A stretch of DNA of 64,000 nucleotides from Octopus vulgaris (Eukaryota). The position numbers and the translations under genes are program-made. Location of the stretch: positions 69,874,001 to 69,938,000 of the forward strand of contig OX597815.1 in NCBI GenBank assembly GCA_951406725.2, written 5' to 3'. Shown in pieces: positions 34,455 to 47,908 of the stretch. How positions within the stretch are numbered: the stretch's first letter is position 1; the number at the start of each line of letters is the position of its first letter. The notes below the pieces were generated by a model, which was given only the letters and a program-made list of their open reading frames with translations, was not told where the DNA came from and did no database searches.

Positions 34455-34925
34455 AGATGAAGAGGGTGACTGCTGGAAGACCCTATGTCTAGCAACAGGA
34501 CTCTGCACTATGTCACACAAGCAAGAGAACTCAGTCATAGCTGTCACACAATTTCTGCGACCACATCACCCATAACATCTGGCTGGCCACCTAATTCTCC
34601 AGACAGCAACCCCCTTGATTATTATGTGTGAGGCGCAGTTAAGCGAGAGACCAACAAAACTCTTTGTAACACCAAAGATGAATTGAAGGCAAGGATTATG
34701 GCAGCAATCACCAACTTAAAGAGACCGTCCGGCAGAGTTGCAGGCGATTCCGAAGTCGTCTGGAGCCCATGGTTGAAGCTAATGGCGGTTTAATTGAATA
34801 AATTTACTCTTTCGTATTTCAAGATATTTTTATTTATATTTTGGTAAATATATCTGTTAAAATGAGACGTCAATGTTATTTTCATTTTTGCGTAATATAG
34901 AGGACAATATATTCACCGCACCCTG
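34455..34925 (+). mobile_element. DD37D (maT/ITmD37D) transposon 3' remnant with right TIR
   Basis: Translation GRPYV*QQDSALCHTSKRTQ...WPPNSPDSNPLDYYV*...FRSRLEPMVEANGGLIE*. There are 37 residues between the two D's after removing a 4-bp CTGG duplication. Ends TTCACCGCACCCTG|TA. Confidence 0.9.
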
Positions 34926-35635
34926 TATTCACCGCACCCGAAGCATTTGTTGTGGTGGTAGTAGAAAATTTTGCACTTCGTTCAAAATTTGGGTCTTGTA
35001 ATTGAAAAACTTTTTTATATTTATTATAAAATAAAACTCGTAAACCCGGGGTCTCGTATACCGGATCCTCTGAAAGTGAGGTATTACTGCGTCTTCTACT
35101 ACATAAATGAGTGTATGTATATGTGTATGTCACCGAAAGGTTCTGAAATAGTGTGTGCTAGAGAAAAACAGATTTGATTTTCGAACTCTGCGTCGCCAGG
35201 AGAAGGTTTTTGGTTATTAGTAATCAAAAATATAATTTTCTACGAGAAATAACTTAACATTCGGATCACTAACAATGATTGTCTTTAGAAGCCGACATCT
35301 TAAACCCGTGGTTACCTCTGTGTGTGTACGTTTGTAAATGTGTGTCTGTCGCGTCTTATAATTATCTGTCTATCTGTTTCTGTCTTGTACTATCTTATAG
35401 TCTTATAACTATCTGTCGTTCTGTCTTTTACGCTTTTCCCTCTTCATATATATTTACCAAACACACACTCTCTCTCTCTCACTCTTTCTCTCTCTCACAC
35501 ACACGCTCTCTCCCCCTCTCTCTCTTTCTCTCCCGCATGCAGCCCCTCCCTCTCTCTCTCTCTCTCTCTCACCCTCTCCTGATTTTACGTGTAATGCAAA
35601 TCAGTCACAGGAGACGAGCGCATCTGTCTATGTAC

Positions 35636-35710
<75 letters not shown>

Positions 35711-35775
35711 GTTTGTCTGTCTGTCTGTCTCTGTCTCTCTCTCTCCCTTTCTTTCTCTCTCTCTGTCTCTCTCTC

Positions 35776-35806
<31 letters not shown>

Positions 35807-36024
35807 GTACTATTCACATTGTAAACTTACCACCTCTCTATATATATTTAACACACACTCTCTCACTCTTTTCTTGTATATGTATATCTCTCACGCTAAG
35901 TGCGTGTATGTTTCTATATGAGTCTGTGTCTATGCATGTCAGTGTGTCTGTGTGTGTCAGAGTGTGTGTGTGTCAGAGTGTGTGTGTCAGCGTGTGTGTG
36001 TGCATGTGTGTAAGGAATTTCATT

Positions 36025-36215
36025 AGGGTGACAGAGTTCAAAGACCCTCACATCAGCAGCAAGCTCAGGAGACACCCGAACAGAGAAGAAATAGACTTGA
36101 CATGCGACCATGAGCTCCAGTTGAACGGTCTCAGGAGACACCCGAGCATAGGATACATCGATTAGATGATAGGCGAACAGGAGCCTCAATTCAAACGACT
36201 TCAATTTCCAGTGAG
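36025..36215 (+). mobile_element. Putative Helitron Rep/Helicase N-terminal repeat remnant (66-bp unit)
   Basis: CTCAGGAGACACCCGA is repeated 66 bp apart. One frame reads AQETPEQRRNRLDMRP*APVERSQETPEHRIHRLDDRR, like the ETPEQR..RL (STPR-like) repeats of Helitron proteins. Confidence 0.6.
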
Positions 36216-36584
36216 TCTTAGTCTTGCCATGACCAACAAATCGCAAGGATAGACACACTTTTGTTGCCGATTTACTCCTTGAAGAGACCTGCTTCATCTA
36301 TGTTCAGCTTTACGTTGGCTGTTCAAGAGTAGGATGTGAGAAAAATCTTTATACCAGTCCAACAAATCGAAAAACCAAAAACTCCGTTCATCGAGACATT
36401 ATAGAGTTGTCTCAAATAATGCAAAAAATCCGCCCTGATCAAGAGGCCTATCCATCAGGGAAGACATGGTGTGACATGGAATAAGAAAACATTGAAATAA
36501 AGGCATTCTATTGTGAAAATTACCCAGCAACGACGGACTACCCCGCTTGTGTTTGCGTGCGCGCATACGGGCATGTTTGCGTCA

Positions 36585-36772
36585 TGTTTATTCACCACCA
36601 CTTGGCAATCGATGATGGTTTGTTTACGTTGCAGTAACAGAGCAGTTCCGCAGAAAGGAAGACGATGGTAGGAGTACGAGACATAAAGAAATAAATACTG
36701 GGATCGACTAAACTCTTCAATGTGGTACCCCAGCACGGATGCATTTCAGTGACTGAAACACGTAAAAGAAAC
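36585..36772 (+). mobile_element. Degenerate SINE family A 3' half
   Basis: CCACTTGGCAATCGATGATGGTTTGTTTACG...GGTACCCCAGCACGG...GACTGAAACACGTAAAAGA. Confidence 0.65.
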
Positions 36773-37505
36773 TATGTAAATAGAAAGAAATATTGGGAAG
36801 CGAGGTGTTTCTCAGGAAACCACAGGTTTTTGCGGAGGTCAAATCGATAAGTCGGTAGTTTGGACTCTGCCCGCTATATTAGACTGTAAGAAGGATAGTG
36901 GACAATTAACTTACAACATAGTCAGTTCGACATAAATCCATCGTGGCTGAACTCACAGTACTGTAGGAGGTCAGACTTGATATTTCTTGCCAACTGAAGA
37001 GAACCAAATATCACCACTTACAGATTCATTCTCTCTAGAAATTGGCTATTGCGGTTTTCTAGCAAAATTGGTTCACGCTTTCTTGCAAAATATTTGTTTG
37101 GAACCCAAACAAAACTAAATTAATAATTGAAATAGTGATAAAAAAAATACGAGTATCTTTTACATACTCATTAGTCATACATCTAAAAACGCGCGCGCAC
37201 ACATGCATATATACATTCATGCGTACAAACATATACATATATCTGTATGTATATATATATATCCATATACACACATATGTATGCCTATATATATATATAT
37301 ATAAATATATATATGTGTGTGTGTGTATATATATTATATATATACATACATATATATGTATATATATATATATTATATACACACATATATATATTATGTA
37401 TATCTAGCCAGTTTGTTTGCTAGTTAGCTCTCTATTAATCTATCTGTCTATACATCTCTCTTTTTCAATCCCTCTCGCTCTCTCTCTCTCCACACATACT
37501 TACAC

Positions 37506-37600
<95 letters not shown>

Positions 37601-37862
37601 TATACATATACACACACATACACACATATGTATATATGTTTGAGAAAAAATGATATAATGCATCATGAATCATATGGAAATAATGAATTCTTTATCGGAA
37701 AATATTCCTAAAATTCTTTTAGATCCAGTGCCAATAATACTTTCCTCTATAAAATCAATTGATATGCTATGTGGTGGGTTACATAATCTTTATCATACAC
37801 TACTTGGCAAATGCACAGCAATAGATTTCTCACTGAAAAACCTTAAAGATGAAATATACATA

Positions 37863-39913
37863 CGAGGTGTGTTCAAAACGTATCCGACTTTATTTTTTAC
37901 CGCCAAAACTAATGCCACGTGGGTTAAACTCTTTGAATGGAAAGTAACACCACACTTCTCACGCACGTGAGAAAATTTTCGCGCTGGTAGGCTGCGACAG
38001 TTCCCGGCTGTTATGCCCAGAGTACAGACGTGTAGTGCGAGCTCTTTGGATTTTCATTTTCATCAAGCAGATATTGCATTAAGTTTTGCCCAAAGCTTGA
38101 CGACACTCTAGTTCAAACCATCCAGAAGATTCAGAAGGCTTTTGGCGATGGTGTTATGGACAAAAGGTCGAGGAGTGGTACAACCACTTCAAACATGGCT
38201 GTACCTCAGTGGGGAGCCAAACACGCTCAAGCAGGCCATCCACAAACCGAAACGAGGAGCTGATTGAGGTTTGGTGAATAGTCATGAAACAGTCTAGGAA
38301 ATTTCTCGCGAAGTGGAATAAGTACAGGATCTGTCCATTCCATTTTAATGGAGTATTTGTGCATACAGAGAGTGTCGGCGAAAGTTAATCTCAAGATGCT
38401 GGCGGAGAAGCAGAAGCAATTCCACATGGAATTTGCTCAGGACATGCCGGACTGTGCAAACCATTAGGTTGTCTGGAAAGTTCTGAAATTTCTTTTTATA
38501 TGCAAAAAGGGATATAAATAATTAACATTTCAATAACTTTTATTCAATGAAATAATTTCCATTATTATTAATGACCTTTGCTCATTTATCAGGCAATTTA
38601 AATATTCCATCAGCATAAAATTTGTTATGTGATACACTCTCTGTATCTAGATGCATTTTGACTCCATCTAAATCGTTAAATGTTTTTCCTTGCAATGAGT
38701 TCTTTAGAGAGAAAAATAAGTGGTAGTTGGATGGCGCAATATCAGGAGAATATCAACCAAGTTCATATAACTTTGTTCGGGTAGCCAAAGACACGTGTGG
38801 TCGGGCATTGTCTTGTTGAAGCACTACCCCCTTTCCTGTTGGCAATCTTCGGCCTCAATTCTTTGATTTATTTATTCAAATTAGCCAGCTGACATCATAC
38901 ATCATAATTAATGGTCTGCCTTTATAATCCTACTAAACACAAAGCATAGCTTTTTTGGCACGAATATTTGTCTTTGGTTGCTGTTTGGGGGGATCCTTAC
39001 GCAAATTCCAGGATCTTTTTTGCACTACGTTTTCGTACACAATCCATTTTTCATCTCCAGTCACAAGTTTCAAAAAAGGCATGTTTTCATTCCATTTCAA
39101 AAGCATATCACAAACGAAATACTGGTCCAAGCAATTCTTTTCTAAGAGTTTGTGAAAGGCCCATACATAATAGCGTAAAATGTATCCTAGCTTCACTAGG
39201 TCTTCATGAGCCGTACTTTTACAAACTTCCAACTCCTCTGAAAGTTTTCTAGTCGTGGTACTGCAGATTTCTTCGATTTTTGCCTTCAAAACATCTTCAT
39301 CTAATTGTGAAGGTCTTCCACTGCGACAGTCAGTTTCCAAGCTATGCTCTCAAGCTTTAAATTTTGTAGATCACCAGGAGCATCATCACCATAAACTTCA
39401 CAAATATTTTTGCAAGTCTTCGCTGCATTTTCTCCTTTTTAAAAAAGGAAAAGCATAACAATGCGAATATGATATTTTTGGTTATCCATTTCAAATGTCA
39501 ATAAAGGGTAACTGGAATGAAAGATACATCTATTTCTAGTCAAGAACAAAGAAGAAATGCACTGCCACCTCAAGCAACGCTAAAGTTTTAATTATATTAT
39601 GTTTCGGGTGTGTTCAATGAAGCGCTAAAAGCTCAGAGCATTCCGGACAACCTAATACAACCCAAACTTCATGAAAACCATCATCACTGGTGATGCGACA
39701 TGGGTTTATTGTCTCTGCTCGTTGCGTTCGGTCATTTTGCGTGAAAACGAAAATCCGACGAGCCTGTGCTACACGTCTGTACTCTAGGCGTAACAGCCGG
39801 GAAATGACGCAGCCTACCGGCTCGAAAGTTTTCACGAAACGCAGAAAGGGTGGCCTCACCTCCCACCCAAAGGATTTTGCCCACGTAGCATTAGTTTTGG
39901 CGAGAAAAAATAA
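37863..39913 (+). mobile_element. Internally deleted mariner with long (~200-bp) inverted ends, host of a nested mariner
   Basis: Starts TA|CGAGGTGTGTTCAAAA. 37890-38060 is mirrored at 39745-39913. The transposase N-terminus (RYCIKFC, WYNHFKHG, RVSAK) continues in frame across the insertion as CANYNPNFMKTIITGDATWVY, then the catalytic C-terminus is missing. Confidence 0.9.
38464..39655 (-). mobile_element. mariner transposon, near full length, disrupted transposase
   Basis: TIRs TTAGGTTGTCTGGAAAGTTCTGA / TTAGGTTGTCCGGAATGCTCTGA with flanks CA and TA. The minus-strand transposase (~39488-38540) has MDNQKYHIR, WAFHKL (WVPHEL-like), TGDEKW, QQDNARPH and YSPDIAPSNYHLF. Confidence 0.96.
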
Positions 39914-40078
39914 TGCGTGTGTGTATGTGTGTGTGTGTATGTGTGTGTGTGTGTGCGTATATATCTCTATCAATCTGTCTGTCTGTCTACTTATATGTAT
40001 ATGTATATATAATATACATAGAAAGGGTTATGATATAAAGGATATAATGCCTTACACAAGTGTATAAATGTATACATG

Positions 40079-40156
<78 letters not shown>

Positions 40157-40835
40157 CGAAAATGGCGCTCAACACATTTGGTAATAATTACATATATTTT
40201 TTATTAGAATTTGACTCAGTTCCGTGGCGCGTACCACGCTTCCATCTCATCAAATATATACTCCATACATGCGCACATACACAAGCATGCACATACAAAG
40301 TGAGAGAAATATGAATAGGAGGTGTTATAAATATTATTCACTTGCATAGATAATATATACAAACATATTTACATAACCACATATTTACATATATTCATAC
40401 CTATATATGTATATATGTACATTTATACATATATACAATGTACAAGCGCGCACACACATACATATACACACACATTCAAACATAAACACACACATATTTT
40501 CACACACATACAATATCAGTATGAACAGGAACATCATTTTAGCCATCTTGTCTCTATCAGTCATCTGGACTGGTTAATATATTCCTCCCCTATTATGTTA
40601 ATTACTACTACATAATTATCACTTTCATTATGCAACAACAATGATTGCCTAATATTACATATAGTCTAACATTATCATTTCATTACACAACAACGATTGT
40701 TTAATATTTTCATATTTCTGTTGTCCTTTGTAAAGACATTTAATCTCTATAACTACATCTGCGATAGTCTTTGTATATTTGGTTATTGTTACAAATGTAA
40801 TGATTCTTGTTTGAGCGGGAGCAGATACGATATAT

Positions 40836-40970
40836 AGGTGCGAGTGTTCTAGTTGTTAGCGTGTTGGGCTCACGATCATAAGATCGTTGGTTCGATTCCC
40901 GGACCGGGCATTCAGTTGTGTCCTTCAGTAAGGCACATTATTTCACTTCCAGTCAATTCAGCTGAAAAGT
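40836..40970 (+). mobile_element. tRNA-derived SINE head (family C/D)
   Basis: CTAGTTGTTAGCGTGTTGGGCTCACGATCATAAGATCGTTGGTTCGATTCCCGGACCGGGC...GTGTCCTT. Confidence 0.75.
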
Positions 40971-41359
40971 ATCAAACAAAAAATTAGTTGGTACCTAAAT
41001 TAGAAACTATTATATAGTACAGTCATGTCAGTCGCGAATAAATATGACTTGGTACCATGTACCATACTTTCGCTAATTTTTTAGGTGCCTGTGCAGTTAC
41101 AGGTAGCCATACGTGCTCTATTTGTCCATTAACCTTGCTCCAGCTGACTACTCAAAGGGAAAAGAGGGTTGCACAGCAATCAGCTGGTCCTCATTACAGT
41201 TAAGTAGGCTGGAGTACTGTGACAAAAAAAAATATCATTCTCCTTCACAGCTTCGTATGTTTTATACACAATACATGTTCAGGAATCTAGTATCATTTCC
41301 TCTAGAAAGAACATTCAAGAATTATCATGAGAAAACTTAGTACAGTAACCAAGTAAATT

Positions 41360-41800
41360 GATGATGATGACTTTCTCGTCGTTTCGACGAATGAGAGTTC
41401 GGCAAGAGACAGCTGTACAGTGTTCTTAGTTCAATATTTTGTTGTATCACTACTGGACTTATGAAGGAAGTGTGATAATTGTGGTGTTGATTCTGGCATC
41501 TTGGTTTGTTGAACAAACTGCAAGATGAAAGTTTAATAGTGGGCATGATTTGTGCAGAGCCAGTTCCACCCTCTCTTACTTTAAACTTGTATTAGTCAGG
41601 TGCAGCAAGTGCCACAATCCTAGTAGTTATCAGGATGCAAGATTTGTATGGAGTTACAAGATGAGGGCCTTGTCTTCCTTAGGTTCGTTGACGTGCCTGT
41701 GAGTGACCTTATTCTGGGGGTAGCTCCGTGACTTACAAATTAACTTATACCTGGGACCCTGACAGGTCTTAGGACTTCAAAATAGGCCTGAGAACTATAG
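41360..41800 (-). mobile_element. Possible RTE-derived non-autonomous remnant
   Basis: The reverse complement ends CTCATTCGTCGAAACGACGAGAAAGTCATCATCATC (hairpin plus CAT tail), like the 3' end of the RTE at 53.1 kb. The 5' boundary is uncertain. Confidence 0.35.
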
Positions 41801-42321
41801 GGCCTAAGCGGTGGTTTAACACTCATCAAAACCTTAGATTTTCTAAATCATAGCCCCACTACCGGATGTAGTTTAAAATCATACCCAGGACATCAGTAAA
41901 TGACAAAGCCTCGCTAAAAGATATGACACGTCATTCATTCAGTCATGGAAATGAATTACTGAGACAAATATTTTGTAGTTAAGCTCTTATTCCATTTAGT
42001 CGTTATTTCATTTAGTCACCTCGTACATGCTTTGTTTCTATTAAAAGTGAAGTTAGACGTATTTTGACTTCCACTCGTAGTTGTCATTTTAACTTTAACT
42101 TGTTGATTTGTTTCTGTTTAAATTCATTTTAAATATTTTATCACTTTGTATCGGAAATGTTTGATATTTCACACTACATCCAGATATTTTGAAATTTATT
42201 GCATCAGAGTCCAATAAAATTACAAGCTTGTTTATGTTCTATTGTGTATTAGGAGGTTTTTTAATTTTTTTCTATGTTTCCCATATTTGGATGTTTCGTT
42301 TATTTCTTTATGCTCCCTTAC

Positions 42322-42680
42322 AGGATGACGTGTGGCCTAGTGGTTAGAAGTGCTCGGCTCACGACCATCGCTAGCTCGATTCATTTTCTGCTACTCCACT
42401 CTACCCAACTGCAAATGAGTATCAGCTCAGACCTGAAGCAGTTTTCCCTCCAGTCGTTACATCGTGTACCGAGTGCTGCACTGTCCTTGAACAAGGCACG
42501 TATTCCATTCCGTTCCATTCAACTCCGTACCAGCTCAGTACAAGTGCAGCCCTCTCTTTTCCTCCAGTCAGCTATCACATCCTGGATTTTGTAGAAAGAC
42601 CAAGAGAGTGTTTATGTCGACAAAGGCCTATAGGGTATTTACGTCTGTTCGCGACCACAGCGACACTTAAACAATTCACG
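42322..42680 (+). mobile_element. Degenerate tRNA-derived SINE
   Basis: A-box-like GTGGCCTAGTGGTTAG, then GGCTCACGACC and TGTCCTTGAACAAGGCAC. Confidence 0.6.
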
Positions 42681-43395
42681 TAATCATGATACATTTTACA
42701 AAATCAAACTCGCTTTCGAATGACAGCATTTCACTTCTTTATGGTATCTTACATCATTGTTTTCAATCATCTGTCTTGATGTATTTGTGGCTGTTATTTA
42801 TTTTCCTGCTCTCTATCTTCAATTACTATTCTGTATTATCGCCGCTATGAAGTACGATTTTCTACAATCTCATATTTTCTACATTTTCATATTTTCTACG
42901 GCTCTAGTCTCATTTTGAACATATTCAGAATTTCTTGATCTTGAGTAATTCCTAAATTCTTTATCGAAAAGAAACCACACAGTTTTTTGTTTACAATACC
43001 TGCTACAGAATCTTTGAAATTAAAGTACATACACAACTAGTTCTTCAGTACATATTTGTTTTGAATTTTCCCTTTATATACCACGGTTTGTTGTTGTCAA
43101 TTAGATTCTAAACAGAAGCAAATAGTTGATAATATATTGAATATGATGCTTTTTTTATAAGTGACTATACGAAGTGGAATAAATATCTCAACAGATTATT
43201 TGCTTCAGGAGAGACTGTGAAAAGCACTGCGTACCAGCCTAAGCTACAGTTACACTCCACAGACAATGCACAACCAGCAACATCACGGTCCGCGATTACT
43301 TATAGTTACTAACGAATACATTGAAAATCCCAAATACCATCCTCTTTCTTCCACACCTCTCTAACTCTTTCTCAGCTTTTCTCTCTTTTTCTCTT

Positions 43396-43526
<131 letters not shown>

Positions 43527-43542
43527 ACAATTCTTGTTAAAT

Positions 43543-43593
43543 AGCTTCCTGAAGATTTCTCTTGAATGAAACAGTACTAGTCCTGTAGAAGCT
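43543..43593 (+). ncRNA. Type I hammerhead ribozyme motif within a ~157-bp element (43523-43680) in (TA)n
   Basis: AGCTTC CTGAAGA T-TTC-TCTT-GAA-T GAA ACAG TACTAGTC CTGT A GAAGCT. It has a 6-bp stem I, intact CUGANGA and GAAA core, 4-bp stem III and a GUA cleavage triplet (cut after 43587). Stem II closes with a non-canonical U-U. Confidence 0.85.
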
Positions 43594-43705
43594 CCTTCTA
43601 TATAATAAATTAATTTTACTCTGCTATGTATTGAGTACCTTACTTACTGTGGTTAACCCCGAATCAACCCGGGACCTACATATATATATATATATATATA
43701 TATGC

Positions 43706-43738
<33 letters not shown>

Positions 43739-43801
43739 TACATGTATATATACATATATATATACACATATACATATATATACATACATATATATATGTA
43801 T

Positions 43802-43832
<31 letters not shown>

Positions 43833-44616
43833 TATATATATATATACACATACATATACATACATACATATATATATATATATACATATATATATGAAGG
43901 TATGTGTATGGCTGTAGTTGTGTGTGAGGGGAGATCAGTGGGTGTCAGTGTATTTACGTATATCTCTGCGTGTATGTATGAATGAATGTGTATGTGTGTG
44001 TGTATGTATGTGTGTGTGTGTGTGTGTGTACGCATGTATATGTGTTTGTGAATGCGTAATTGTGCATGCTTGTATGTATTTGTGTATTTATGCCAGAACG
44101 TGTCTTCGTGTTTAAATGTTGGAAATTATGTTTGTATTTGTGCGCGTACGTATGTAGACACACACACATATAAGCATACAAATATATATCTATATATATG
44201 TATGTGTATATACATATATATATATACATGCAATATGAGTATACATATATACACATATATATATGTATATATACATGAATGTGTGTATGTGTGTGTGCAT
44301 GTGTGTGTATGTATTTCAGTACAACACACTCGTGTAAGTGCTTGCACCTGTCAACCGCTTTATGTATGCGTGCATGAGTGCGTCTGTGTGTATGAGTGTG
44401 CGTGTGAGTGTAGGCGTAGGTGTGTGCTTGTATTTGTGTGTGTGTGCTTGTATCTGTGTGTGAGCGTGTGTGTGTATCTATGTGTGCGCGTGTGTGAGTT
44501 CATAATTAATGATTAATTGATGCATTGTCCAACTTTATGGCGGGGATGGTGGGGGCTGTTTTGACGTTAATAATAGTAGCGGGGGGATGGTTTATGTATA
44601 GCTGGAGGAGATGGTA

Positions 44617-44618
44617 CT

Positions 44619-44687
<69 letters not shown>

Positions 44688-44980
44688 AGTTTGGGGGGTT
44701 GTGGTTGCTAGGCTTAATATTGGTAATTGTTTATTGTTGCAATTGGAATTGGTAGTAGTGGCAGTGACAGTGGTGGTGGTGCTGGTAGTGGTGGTGCTGG
44801 TGCTGGTGCTGGTGGTAGGGGGTGCTGGTGCTGCTGCTGGGGGTGCTGGTGGTGGCGGCGGCGGCGGTGGCAGCGGTTTCAGTGTTGGAGGTGGTGGTGG
44901 TGGTGGTGGTGGTGGTGGTGGTAGTGGTGGTAGTTGTGTGAATAAAAGAACATATTTGTGATGATGATGATGACGATGAT
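44617..44980. repeat. (TAG)n, (GGT)n/(GCT)n and (GAT)n trinucleotide tracts
   Basis: Directly visible. Confidence 0.95.
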
Positions 44981-45387
44981 GATTTGGATCCCAACAATAG
45001 TGTGATCAGGTTGATGATGCTAGTTGTGATGCTGGAGGTGCTTGTATTATTCCATTAATTAATACTGTTAATTACCATGTCTCATTGATATGTATACGAC
45101 TAAAGATGTGTTTTACACACGTTGGTAGCAAAGCTGTGTATAAAACTTCAATGGCGGATCCTCCGTCGTTCTACGACGAGGATTCAGTAGTTCGATCGAC
45201 CGTAATAGCTGCTCATGAGTAAGTGGGTGTGTATTCCACAGACATGCGTATAGCAAATGTAATCATCAGTCAGTGGAGACAAAATTTTGACCGATCTGAT
45301 ACGCTGAATTTATAGTACAATTCATTCGACAGGTTTCCGCATAGTTTTCCTTTATTCAATGCATACATATACTCACATAATTATCTG

Positions 45388-45486
<99 letters not shown>

Positions 45487-45488
45487 CT

Positions 45489-45520
<32 letters not shown>

Positions 45521-45523
<3 letters not shown>

Positions 45524-45683
45524 TCGGGATCTTTCCTTCTCCTATGTTTCCGACGAAGAGCTCCGCTCGAAACGTTAAACCCTCCTTCTTCCCTTCTTTC
45601 CTGAGCGTCCAATAATACTTTATTTATTCCACGTCCTCGCGTTGCTGTGTTTTTTTTGTTTTTTTGTGTTTTCTTGTTTGGAT

Positions 45684-45688
<5 letters not shown>
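45521..45688 (+). mobile_element. Penelope-like pLTR fragment with minimal hammerhead motif (45546-45580), flanked by (TA)n
   Basis: GTTT CCGACGA A GAGC-TCC-GCTC GAA ACGT T AAAC. A palindromic ACGT replaces stem III. Confidence 0.75.
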
Positions 45689-45760
<72 letters not shown>

Positions 45761-45779
45761 TGTTTTTTCTTTCTTTTCT

Positions 45780-46158
45780 TTTATATGTTTCAGTCATTTT
45801 GACTGCGGCCATGCTACATCACCGCCTTTAGTCGAAACTAATCGACCACAGAACTTATTCTTTGTAAGCCTAGTACTTACTCTATCGATCCGTTTTGCCG
45901 AACCGATAGTTTACGGGTACGTAAACACACCAGCGTTGGTTGTCAAGCGATGTTGGGGGGACAAACACAGACATGCAAACATATATATACACATATATTC
46001 GGCGGGCTTTTTTCAGTTTCCGTCTACCAAATCCATTACGAAGACTTTGCTCGGCTCGAGGCTATAGTAGAAGACACTTGCCCAAGGTGCCACGCAGTGG
46101 GACTGAACCCGTAACCATGTGGTTGGTAAGCAAGCTACTTACCACGTAGCCACTCCTG
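45780..46158 (-). mobile_element. SINE family A, full length
   Basis: The reverse complement starts CAGGAGTGGCTACGTGGTAAGTAGCTTGCTTACCAACCACATGGTTACGGGTTCAGTCCC. Colinear with the other copies. Confidence 0.92.
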
Positions 46159-46258
46159 TTTGAGTCATTCTCAAGTGCATTCAGGCTAGAGAAGACTTTT
46201 CGCTGCGGAAATAATCTGGGAAAAATGGATGGATGGATGGATGGATGGATCATGTTTT

Positions 46259-46520
46259 GAGGGTGCATGGCTTAGTGGTTTAGGTGCTGCATTCAAGATT
46301 CTGAGATCATGGTTTCAATACCTAGACAGGGTGGTGTTTTGTGTTCTTGAGCAAAACGCTTCGACCCCTGACGCGTGGTACACCGTTCACTTGTTCAGGA
46401 AACGTTAATTTGATGAGGGAGAATGAAATAATGTACCGCAAGAACATTTGATCACAATAAACAAATCATCTGTGCAAGTTGTTCAGCAAAGAAACTGCAG
46501 AACCATCCTTTTCGGACTAC
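46259..46520 (+). mobile_element. tRNA-derived SINE (family C-type head, different body)
   Basis: GCATGGCTTAGTGGTTTAGGTG...GGTTTCAATACCTAGACAGGG...GTGTTCTTGAGCAAAAC. Confidence 0.7.
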
Positions 46521-47009
46521 GGGAGACTACCATCATCATCATGTATGGATGGATGGAAGGATGGATGGATGGATGCTGCTTGGATGGATGCTGCATGGAT
46601 GGATGTCTATGTATGTGCATCTGCATCTACATGGATGTAAGTATTGAATTACGTACGTATGTATGCGTGTATATATGTATTTGTGTGCATTTATGTATAT
46701 ACGTACATGCATGTACATGTGTATGTATTTGTGTACATCTCTATATATTATCATGGTTGTATGTGTGTATGGATGCGTATGTATGCAACTATATGTGTGT
46801 GTACGCATGTATGTACATGTGCATGTGCGTATGTATGTGTAAGTGTCTATGAACGTATATATTTATCTGTATATCTGTATGTATCTATTTATGTAAGCGT
46901 CTATGTATATTGTGCAGTTAACTTTAACGTGTATAACGTGTGTGTAACACACGCACATACACAAACACGCTCACACACACATACATACATACATACATAC
47001 ATACATACA

Positions 47010-47040
<31 letters not shown>

Positions 47041-47519
47041 GCATACACGAACACATACACACATGCATACATGACTATGTATTCTAATAACTATATACTC
47101 CCTGATATGTATATATGCACGAATATACACAAGCGTACATGTCTGCGTGTGTATAATTGTGTATATGGCCTCTGGATGGGGGTCTGTGCGCGCGCGCATG
47201 TGTGTGGGTGTGTGTATGTGTGAATGTATATGTGTGTGTGCTAGTTTTGCTTAAAGCTTCTGAAGGAAATTAGATGGATTAAGTAAGCGTCAATCAACTT
47301 AAATGGTTTAATATAGGCAGGGATTAGCAATAAACCTTAGGTTGAAGTAAGAGGAAGGTGGAAAAGAGGAAGTGAAGGAAGATGAGGAAGTGGGGAAAGT
47401 GGATAAAGATGGGGAGAGGACACAGAAAGGGGAGGGAGAGTGAGTGTATGGGGCGTGTGTTCGTGATAGGAATGGTGGCACGTGCGGGCTTAATGAAGAA
47501 GAGACAAATAATAATACGA

Positions 47520-47816
47520 AGTGGCACTCTTAAACAATATGGTCAAATACCAGCAAGCCCCAAAACTATCAGAACAACAACAAAAATTGTTCTCATGGGT
47601 ACTGCCCACATCCTAAGACAAAGCATTGTCAACTCGGGAATATCCTGATCTTTTAAAACTCTTTCAAAATCGCAAATGTTTTTACAGAATCATTATTTTT
47701 TTTACAGAATTTGTTCCATTCCCTGGCAACACATCAATTGCTAATCGTGTAAATAACATCCGCAGTAAAACGTCAAATTTGTTACTGGAGGTCGCTAAAA
47801 CAAAGCAACAACAGCG
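47520..47816 (+). mobile_element. R4/Dong-like extreme 3' end (ORF terminus plus 3' UTR) followed by (TAA)n
   Basis: Translation QIPASPK...KIVLMGTAHILRQ matches the terminal QK..LLGTAHILR motif of Dong/R4 ORFs. (TAA)n spans 47818-47908. Confidence 0.7.
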
Positions 47817-47900
<84 letters not shown>

Positions 47901-47908
47901 GATAATAA

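Noticed and set aside
44525-44997. Poly-Val/Gly/Ser ORFs resembling membrane or glycine-rich structural proteins
   Set aside because: Trinucleotide repeat tracts that are open in several frames on both strands.
46448-46852. ORF with MYGWMEGWMDGCCLDGCCMDG, superficially reflectin-like
   Set aside because: It derives from a (GGAT)n microsatellite and lacks the true reflectin repeat motif.
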